Source: Patescibacteria group bacterium
GTDB lineage: Bacteria; Patescibacteriota; WWE3; 9FT-COMBO-53-11
Length of the DNA: 38,785 bases
Reading direction: 5' to 3'
Assembly: GCA_035291485.1 (NCBI GenBank)
Contig: DATDSA010000010.1
Location: 1-38,785 of the forward strand
Part shown: positions 32,241 to 38,785 of the stretch, in pieces
How positions within the stretch are numbered: the first letter of the stretch is position 1
How the letters are laid out: every line of letters starts with the position of its first letter
The notes under the pieces: generated by a model
What the model was told of the DNA's origin: nothing
Databases searched by the model: none
Seen by the model: the letters and a program-made list of their open reading frames with translations, nothing else
Program-made: the position numbers and the translations under genes

Positions 32241-32799
32241 TCCTTTTTAACTTAAACTGAACCGTAATTGCAATCAATCCAATGATTCCCGCTCCCAACA
32301 ACGCCAACGAAAGAAAACCGCTGGAAAGGTAGAGCAGAACTCCCTCCAAGATGAGATAGAGGAAGAAGGTGGTTCCGGGCGAGGTTCTTTGATGGAGAAA
32401 GTAAAGCAGGAGTGCTCGACCCCCGGTCCCGGCCGCAAAAAGAAAAGACTGGGTTCGGAGAAGGCCAAATCCGAGAAAAACTGTTGCCTCCGAAAAGCTA
32501 AGCGCCAGAGCCGCTAACCCCAAGATCCGGAGGAAAGACCAGCGCTTGAAGGACGAGAAAATCAGCAGAGCCGTGGCTCCGGCCAGAATTGCTCCCACCC
32601 AGAAAAAATCGGCAGGCATCTCGACAAAGAGCGGAGGCAGTTTTCCTCCTGCCAGAGCACCCAGAGAAGAAACTAGGACCAGATCAAACAGGTCATCTGA
32701 GGAAAAACCCTCCTTCCTCCCCCACCGCCAGAATAGGAAAACTCCCAAGAGGTAGGAAAGCGCCAAAATAATTCCGGAAGTCGAGATCGAAAAATACAT
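32230..32799 (-). CDS. Lgt-like membrane protein (short prolipoprotein diacylglyceryl transferase homologue?)
   Basis: The N-terminus ILALSYLLGVFLFWRWGRKEGFSSDDLFDLVLVSSLGALAGGKL resembles the Lgt N-terminal region. At 189 aa it is shorter than typical Lgt. Confidence 0.4.
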   Translation of the reverse strand: MYFSISTSGIILALSYLLGVFLFWRWGRKEGFSSDDLFDLVLVSSLGALAGGKLPPLFVEMPADFFWVGAILAGATALLIFSSFKRWSFLRILGLAALALSFSEATVFLGFGLLRTQSFLFAAGTGGRALLLYFLHQRTSPGTTFFLYLILEGVLLYLSSGFLSLALLGAGIIGLIAITVQFKLKRSDG

Positions 32800-32803
32800 T
32801 CTA

Positions 32804-34036
32804 TTATTTAATCACGACTTTGGCCCGAACCCAAAAAGCTGCGCCGATCACAATGACCGCAATCATAATAATTGGGATGAGCGGGCTGGCCAGATCGGCG
32901 ACCGGGCCGAACACCAACGCCGCCAACGGCGTGAGAACAGAGGAGATGGTTCCCATCGCCGCAAAGGTCCGGCCCATATGCGGACCGGGGGTGATCCGCT
33001 GCAGAGAAGTAACGATGGGGATCGTAATTCCGGAAGCACTGAGGCCCATCAGAAAGGTCAGCGAGGCGATCGCGATCGAGAAGAATGGGACCTGCTCGAA
33101 GGCCCGCGGCGTGGCGACATGGTTGCCGAGATAGACCCGCAGGGAGGGAGCGGCGGACATTAGCAGGAGCAGGACCCCGATCCCCAGAATGCCCAGCCAA
33201 ACGGGGATGAATTTACCGCGGCGGCCTAAGATGGCCGCTCCCAAGAACAACCCGATCCCCAGCGGCAGGACCGCGACAAAACTCAAATCCCGTGCGTCAA
33301 TTTTTAGAACCTGCTCGGCAAACCCCGGGGCAATTGAACCGGCACCGGCCCCCACCGCGAGAACCACCGAAGCAATCACCAGGGTTTTAGTAACATTCGG
33401 ATTCTTAACCAGATAGTGAAACTGTTCCAAAAGTTTGATCTTGATTAATCCCAAGAATTCCCGAAACGGAACGGTCCGCTTCTCCTGGTCGAGCGGGGGG
33501 AGAAATAAGGTCGCCAAGGCTCCCAGAGTTACCAGCACCGCCGCAGTGATGAAGGGGGCCGGAAAACCAATAAACCGCAGCATCACCCCACTCAGAAAGT
33601 AACCCAAAAAATTGGCCACGTGCGTCACCAGCGACATATAAGAATTAGCTTTGATCAAGTCCCGGCTGGAAACGATCTGCGGCAGAGCCGAATTTTGGGA
33701 CGGAGAGAAAAACTCATCCAGTCCCTGGGCAAAAAAGGAAACCAAAAGAATCCCCGCGAAGCTCTTGGGAAACAGCAGAAACGCCAACGCCGTTGCTCCC
33801 CACGCGATGTTGGTGAAGAACATGATCCGTCGTCGGTCGTAGATATCGGCCGCGACCCCCGAAACGAAGGAGGCCAGCAGCGAGGCCACTAGGAAAACAG
33901 CCATCCACACCGAGACGGCGATGTTCAACCCGGTGAGGCGAAAGATCCAAACGATCAGGGCGAAGGTGGTGATGTGGTAGGCAATGCGGGTAAAGGCCCG
34001 GTTAATGAATAGCAGCCAAAAATTACGGTTCAGCAT
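32804..34036 (-). CDS. MFS transporter
   Basis: 410 aa with about 12 hydrophobic segments. The loop motif DIYDRRRIM lies between TM2 and TM3. Confidence 0.8.
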   Translation of the reverse strand: MLNRNFWLLFINRAFTRIAYHITTFALIVWIFRLTGLNIAVSVWMAVFLVASLLASFVSGVAADIYDRRRIMFFTNIAWGATALAFLLFPKSFAGILLVSFFAQGLDEFFSPSQNSALPQIVSSRDLIKANSYMSLVTHVANFLGYFLSGVMLRFIGFPAPFITAAVLVTLGALATLFLPPLDQEKRTVPFREFLGLIKIKLLEQFHYLVKNPNVTKTLVIASVVLAVGAGAGSIAPGFAEQVLKIDARDLSFVAVLPLGIGLFLGAAILGRRGKFIPVWLGILGIGVLLLLMSAAPSLRVYLGNHVATPRAFEQVPFFSIAIASLTFLMGLSASGITIPIVTSLQRITPGPHMGRTFAAMGTISSVLTPLAALVFGPVADLASPLIPIIMIAVIVIGAAFWVRAKVVIK

Positions 34037-34129
34037 GCTTCTAGATTAACAAAGAATGGGGAAGACGCAGAGTATTGTTTTCGAGGAACATCCCGCAGGT
34101 GCAACGGCGGCGAGGGAGAAGCGACCTGT

Positions 34130-34164
34130 TAAAAAAAGCCCCGAATCAGATTAGGATTCGGGGC
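34130..34164 (-). terminator. Rho-independent terminator after the M16 peptidase pair
   Basis: On the minus strand, GCCCCGAATC-ctaatct-GATTCGGGGC is followed by TTTTTTTT. It overlaps the last codons of the CDS. Confidence 0.75.
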
Positions 34165-35399
34165 GTGATGTTCTCCACCGGACCGTATAGCGCGAGAACG
34201 GCTCGTTGGGGAGTGAGGTAGTTGCGGACAAGGTGAACCAGATCGGGGCGGCGAGTTCGGCGAGCCTGTCTAACCCAGTCGGCGGGGTTATCCACCCGGC
34301 CGAAACGAAGGTACTCCTCGGCTAGAAATTCGCTGATGGTAGCCGGCTGCTCGAGCGCGATCTCCCTCCTCAAAAAGAGGATCTCCTTGGCTCGCTGGAA
34401 TTCGTCCCGCGACATTCCGTCCCGGGCTATTTTTTGGATCTCATCCATCACCACGTTCAGGATCAGCTCCACGTCTTCCCGAGCGCAGGACCATCGCACC
34501 GCCAGTGCGGCGGAGTCGTAGAAGTATTCGGTCTTGGAGGAAATCCCGTAAACTAGCCCCAGATCGTTTCGCACCCGATCAAAAAGGACCGCGGAAAAGA
34601 GATCCGGATCCCCAAACCAGGTGCTAAAAGCGTCGAGGGCCAGCCGTTCCGCCGCTTTCAATCGGGGCAGAGGAAATCCGAGGAGGCAGTGGACGAGTTC
34701 GAACGGGCAGTCTTGCTTGACTACGGTGAAGCCGTTCCGGTTCGGCAGAGGTTGGTGATCAATCTTGAAGGTGCTGCCTTCCGGGAGCTGTCCCATTGTG
34801 CGCTCCAGAATTTCGAGAAGCCGCGGCATAGGAACATCATCACCCAACACCGACAGGACCGTGTTCTTCCCGCACTGGATCCGCGAACGGAAGGATCGGA
34901 ACTGCTCCAGCGTTTGGTTCGGAAGATTCTGCTGCCAAAGAATAGTGTCGGAACTACCTAGGGGGTGTCCGCGCCAGGCCTCACCCATAAAGAGATCGTC
35001 GAGAACGCTCCTGGGGTCGGTCGCGAGTTCAACGTATTCGATCTCGACCACGGCCCGCTCTTTTTCAAATTCCATGGCGGAAACCGAAGAGATCCAAACC
35101 TGTCCCAACAGCTCCACCCCCTTCAACAGGTTTCTATTCGGGAAAGAGAAGTAGTAGCTGATGTCCTCCAGATCTGTTTCGGCGTTTGCTAAGCCGTCAC
35201 CCAGCAGCTCCATCTTCCGGAGCAAATCCGGATTCCGGACGCAAAGATGCTCAAAGAAGTGGGAGATTCCAAACTCTTCGAACTGCTCGAAGCGCGGGCC
35301 GCCCCGGGTCGAAAGCGTCAGGTAAACAGAATGGGTCGGGTCCGGATACCAGACCACTCGCAGGCCGTTGGCCAGGGTGTAGGCCTTAACGGAAAGCAT
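34146..35399 (-). CDS. M16-family (pitrilysin-like) zinc peptidase
   Basis: The HxxEH motif is present in GISHFFEHL. ATG 35399 lies 5 nt after AGGAGG, so I prefer it over the TTG at 35414. Confidence 0.8.
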   Translation of the reverse strand: MLSVKAYTLANGLRVVWYPDPTHSVYLTLSTRGGPRFEQFEEFGISHFFEHLCVRNPDLLRKMELLGDGLANAETDLEDISYYFSFPNRNLLKGVELLGQVWISSVSAMEFEKERAVVEIEYVELATDPRSVLDDLFMGEAWRGHPLGSSDTILWQQNLPNQTLEQFRSFRSRIQCGKNTVLSVLGDDVPMPRLLEILERTMGQLPEGSTFKIDHQPLPNRNGFTVVKQDCPFELVHCLLGFPLPRLKAAERLALDAFSTWFGDPDLFSAVLFDRVRNDLGLVYGISSKTEYFYDSAALAVRWSCAREDVELILNVVMDEIQKIARDGMSRDEFQRAKEILFLRREIALEQPATISEFLAEEYLRFGRVDNPADWVRQARRTRRPDLVHLVRNYLTPQRAVLALYGPVENITPRILI

Positions 35400-35447
35400 C
35401 TCTCCTCCTTTCAAGAGGTATTCGATTAATGGAAGTTTATCAGTCGG

Positions 35448-36722
35448 TTAGGAAAGCGCAAGGAGGCGGCGAAAGCGGTCGGAGTCCGAGAAGGGGCCGA
35501 TGAGCGCGAGGTTGAGGCCGTTGGTCACGAATATTTCTTGGGCTACTTTTTGAACATCCGCCGCCGTCACCGCATCAATTTTTTTGAGCTTTTCCTCCGG
35601 TGTTTCGATCTTCCCCTCCAAGACCTCCTGGCCGAGGAAGTAGGAGCAAGCCCCGTTGGTCGACTCCAATCCCAGAACCAGATGTCCTCTTAGCATCTCT
35701 TTAGCCTTTCGCAGCTCGGGCACCGGAATGGGCAAATCCTTAATTTTTTTCAGTTCCGCCAGAACCGCGGTGACTGCGTCATTCACCTTTTGGTTGTTAA
35801 CGCCGGCAACTATTTGCAGAGAACCGGTGTCGGAGAAATCTTGCCAACCGGCCTCAACGTAATAAGCCAATCCCTGCTTCTCGCGTATCTCCTGGAACAA
35901 GCGAGAGCTCATTCCCCCACCCAGCGCGGAGATTAGGATCTCCAGGGCTTCCCGTTTCGGGTGGGAGCGGCGGTAGGCGCGCAATCCCAGCACAAAATGA
36001 GTCTGGTCGGTTTTCCGCTCTTCGATCATAATCTGCGGTTCCTTCTGCGCGGACGCGAACCTAGGAAGCTTCTTTACCTCCCCCGGCTCCCGCTCTCCCA
36101 AGACCTCCCGCACCTCTGCTAACGCTTCCTTCTCGTTAATCCTACCCGCTACCGTCACGACCAAATTGTGGGGCCGGTACCACTCCTCCAGATACGCTAG
36201 AAAATCCTCTCGTTTCAGAGAGCTCAGCGTTTCTTCTGTCCCGATCAAATCTCGCCCGAGCGGGGTATCGCCAAACACCAGCCGATCGTAAAGGATGCTT
36301 TGGACCCAGGTCCGCGGTTCGTCCCGGTACATTCGCAGCTCCTCGGTGATAACCCGGGACTCCTTTTCGATCTCTTTGGGATCAAACTTTGAATTAAAAA
36401 CCATATCGGTGAGAACGTCCAGGACTTTGGACAGATTCTTCGCTTCGGCCTTGACGTAGTAGGCCGTGATCTCCTTGTCGGTGAAGGCGTTGAAGTGCGC
36501 TCCCAGCGACTCCAGTTCGGATGATATTTCAAAAGAGGTGGGCCGCTTGGTGGTCCCATCGAAGAGCATGTGCTCGGTGAAGTGGGCGATCCCCTGCGTC
36601 CGGGTGTTCTCATACCGACCGCCGGCGCCCACCCCGATCATCGCCGTCACCGAACCGAGGTGCGGCATCGGCACTGTGATGAGGCGCACACCATTCTTGA
36701 GGATGTCCTTTTGATAGTCCAC
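35448..36722 (-). CDS. M16-family (pitrilysin-like) zinc peptidase
   Basis: The HxxEH motif is present in GIAHFTEHMLFDGT. 424 aa, GTG start, paired with the downstream M16 gene. Confidence 0.85.
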   Translation of the reverse strand: MDYQKDILKNGVRLITVPMPHLGSVTAMIGVGAGGRYENTRTQGIAHFTEHMLFDGTTKRPTSFEISSELESLGAHFNAFTDKEITAYYVKAEAKNLSKVLDVLTDMVFNSKFDPKEIEKESRVITEELRMYRDEPRTWVQSILYDRLVFGDTPLGRDLIGTEETLSSLKREDFLAYLEEWYRPHNLVVTVAGRINEKEALAEVREVLGEREPGEVKKLPRFASAQKEPQIMIEERKTDQTHFVLGLRAYRRSHPKREALEILISALGGGMSSRLFQEIREKQGLAYYVEAGWQDFSDTGSLQIVAGVNNQKVNDAVTAVLAELKKIKDLPIPVPELRKAKEMLRGHLVLGLESTNGACSYFLGQEVLEGKIETPEEKLKKIDAVTAADVQKVAQEIFVTNGLNLALIGPFSDSDRFRRLLALS

Positions 36723-36768
36723 GTCTTCTTAACTTTAGCAAAGCCGAAACCAAAACTCGCTTGCGGAT

Positions 36769-36797
36769 TTGACTCGAGCTTCCCTGTACCCTATAAT
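36769..36797 (+). promoter_or_regulatory. Near-consensus sigma70-type promoter
   Basis: TTGACT (36769-36774), a 17-nt spacer and TATAAT (36792-36797). Confidence 0.65.
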
Positions 36798-36840
36798 ATT
36801 AGGCGCACACCAAAACCGAAATGCACAAGGAGGTGCAAAG

Positions 36841-38388
36841 GTGTCGGATCGTCGGATCAACCTCAGCCTGAGCCCCGGATGGATCCTGGCCGTTCTTGGT
36901 TTGATCATCGCCGGGATTGTCCTCTGGGCGGCGGCCCCCTGGGGGTTCGTCCACTGGATTTTCTTCGATATGCTCTGGATGCACCCGACCGGATGGGTCC
37001 TGATCATCATCGCGATCTTGATCGCGGTCGGGGTCGGAATGAAAGACAAGAGCGGCTACGACGGACCGGGAACAATCACCTGGGTCGTCGTAATCCTGCT
37101 ACTCACCGGTCTGGTCGGCTACGGCCTGCTCTCCGGCGCGGTGGCGAAGAAGTATTTGGTCCAGGGCCTCCGACCGACGGCGCTAGAGACTCTGCCGGAG
37201 ACCACGGGAGTGCGGTACCTGCCGATGCCGGTCGCCGAACGATTCGGCGCCAACCAGATCCAGGACCCCGCCCACCACCTGGGCGATATGGATCCGCTGG
37301 ATACCGGCGGTGAGATCGACTGGGTCGCTCCCCGAATCCCGACCGGATTCTGGAACACGTTCAACGGGCAGACCGACGGGTTCGTGGTCATCACCCCCGA
37401 CGGCGAGTCGGAAACGATCCACCAACCCATGCGCTACGGCGAGGGGATGGGGATCACCGACAACATCACCTGGCAACTGTGGCGGATGCGATACAACGTC
37501 GAACTGCCGGAGTTCTACTACATCCGGCTGGAAGACGAGGTTGTCACGGTCGGGCCCTACATCTCCTACCGCTACGAGTTCCCGGTGCGGGTCCCCTACT
37601 GGGGTGGCGTCTTCGTGACCCACGCCGACGGGAGGATCGAGGATCTCTCGCCCGAGTCGGCCATCGCCGACCCCCGATTCGAAGGACAGCGACTCTATCC
37701 AGAGGAGCTGGCGCTTCGGATCGCCAAGGCCTGGGCCTATCGCGGGGGCATCTCCAACGCCTGGTTCACCCACCGCGACCAAACCGAGATCCCTCACATC
37801 GACGGCGAGAACAACCAGATGCCGTACCTGATCCCTACCGACCAGGGTCCGATGTGGTTCATCGGCATGGAGCCCAACGGGCCGGCCTACAGCATCTTCA
37901 AGGTGCTGTTCGTCAACGCCCACGACGGGTCACTCCAGCTCTACGAGCTGCCGGCCGAATCGGGAATGATCAGCCCCAACCGCGCCGGCGGGTACGTCCG
38001 CGCTGCCTTCCCCACCTACCAGTGGTACAAGAGCGGCGAAGAGAGCTCCTCGGGTAACCTGCTGGTGATCGAACCGCGACCGCTCATCAGGGACGGGGTA
38101 CTCTACTGGCAGATGTCGATCACCAATGTCGACTACGCCGGCGTGACGCAGACTGCACTGGTGAACGCCGAGAACAACGGCGTGGTCTACTTCGAAACCC
38201 TCGAAGAGATCCAGCGGTTCTTGGAAGGGACTTACGCGGGCCGGTCGACGGCGGGCGTAAACCAACCGGTAACCGGTGGGGCCGATCAAAACCCCTCCAC
38301 CTCTTCTCCGCTCGATTTGGAGAGGATGACCGAGGAAGAGCTGTGGAACCTGCTTCGCAGTATCACCGCGGAGTTGGAATCACGCTAA
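36841..38388 (+). CDS. Membrane-anchored extracytoplasmic protein, possibly distantly UPF0182-like
   Basis: GTG lies 5 nt after AAGGAGGTG. Three to four N-terminal TM helices are present. The C-terminal segment GNLLVIEPRPLIRDGVLYWQMSIT...VVYFETLEEIQ resembles the UPF0182 C-terminal region as I recall it. Confidence 0.6.
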   Translation: MSDRRINLSLSPGWILAVLGLIIAGIVLWAAAPWGFVHWIFFDMLWMHPTGWVLIIIAILIAVGVGMKDKSGYDGPGTITWVVVILLLTGLVGYGLLSGAVAKKYLVQGLRPTALETLPETTGVRYLPMPVAERFGANQIQDPAHHLGDMDPLDTGGEIDWVAPRIPTGFWNTFNGQTDGFVVITPDGESETIHQPMRYGEGMGITDNITWQLWRMRYNVELPEFYYIRLEDEVVTVGPYISYRYEFPVRVPYWGGVFVTHADGRIEDLSPESAIADPRFEGQRLYPEELALRIAKAWAYRGGISNAWFTHRDQTEIPHIDGENNQMPYLIPTDQGPMWFIGMEPNGPAYSIFKVLFVNAHDGSLQLYELPAESGMISPNRAGGYVRAAFPTYQWYKSGEESSSGNLLVIEPRPLIRDGVLYWQMSITNVDYAGVTQTALVNAENNGVVYFETLEEIQRFLEGTYAGRSTAGVNQPVTGGADQNPSTSSPLDLERMTEEELWNLLRSITAELESR

Positions 38389-38397
38389 CATCCAAAT

Positions 38398-38428
38398 GGC
38401 CAAGAGCCCAAAAACTCTTGGCCTTTTT
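38398..38428 (+). terminator. Rho-independent terminator
   Basis: GGCCAAGAG-cccaaaaa-CTCTTGGCC is followed by TTTTT. Confidence 0.8.
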
Positions 38429-38478
38429 AATACCATTTTATCTGAAGGGATTTGGTTTAATATCTATGAACTAGAGTG

Positions 38479-38785
38479 TTATTGATTAGCCCTCCCGGCG
38501 TACTCGCCGGTTTCGGTGCTGACCTGCACGATCTCCCCCGGTTTCATGAAGAGCGGGACCTGAATTTTGAAACCGGTCTCCAAGACCGCTTCCTTAGTTC
38601 CGCCCTGTTTGGTATCCCCCTTCTCTCCGGGCGGGGTTTCAACCACCTTGAGCTCAACCTTGAGAGGGATTTCGACCCCAATCGGCTGACCCTGGAACAT
38701 AACGAGATTGGCTTCCGAACCCTCCCGCAAGAATTTCACCACATCCTGCGCCAGGGAACGCGCAATGGATATCTGTTCGAAGCTT
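38479..38785 (-). CDS. efp: Elongation factor P, C-terminal part (5' end outside window)
   Basis: The frame stays open to the window edge. SFEQISIARSLAQDVVKFLREG...VETPPGEKGDTKQGGTKEAVLETGFKIQVPLFMKPGEIVQVSTETGEY matches EF-P domains II-III. Confidence 0.9.
   Translation of the reverse strand, partial: SFEQISIARSLAQDVVKFLREGSEANLVMFQGQPIGVEIPLKVELKVVETPPGEKGDTKQGGTKEAVLETGFKIQVPLFMKPGEIVQVSTETGEYAGRANQ

Overview
This is a 38.8-kb, gene-dense chromosomal segment from a moderately GC-rich bacterium. I support about 36 protein-coding genes. I recognised no rRNA, tRNA, CRISPR array, transposase or prophage.

Housekeeping genes: pyrG, a compact metK, ychF, gyrA, a XerC/D-type tyrosine recombinase, ruvC, a short yebC, an RluA-type pseudouridine synthase, a DksA/TraR zinc-finger protein, a DUF2419/Qng1-like queuosine-salvage protein and a partial efp.

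Envelope and transport genes: a 1157-aa LPATG-anchored repeat protein, a BNR/Asp-box propeller, an LCP protein, an Lgt-like protein, EamA and MFS transporters, a CopB-type (CPH motif) P-type ATPase and two M16 peptidases.

The compact housekeeping proteins, a DUF5667-like secreted protein, an orphan TraD/VirD4-like ATPase and many Shine-Dalgarno-less starts suggest a Candidate Phyla Radiation (Patescibacteria)-type genome. That is inference only.

Most notable signals:
1. A dispersed ~35-nt hairpin element has at least 11 intergenic copies. Its flanking boxes (GGACGG ... ACCTAGCATTTT) are invariant and its stems covary. Forward copies sit 20-23 nt upstream of SD-less ATG starts.
2. A terminator-bounded three-gene operon encodes a membrane-anchored TraD/VirD4/HerA-type ATPase and two unrecognised proteins. 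It has no other conjugation genes and lies directly upstream of yebC-ruvC.
3. A perfect CsoR-type palindrome lies inside a probable leaderless copB promoter.
4. A stand-alone 75-codon gene has its own consensus promoter, SD and terminator.

Many long ORFs in the supplied track are antisense shadows of real genes and were rejected. All homology calls come from motif recognition by eye; no database search was possible.
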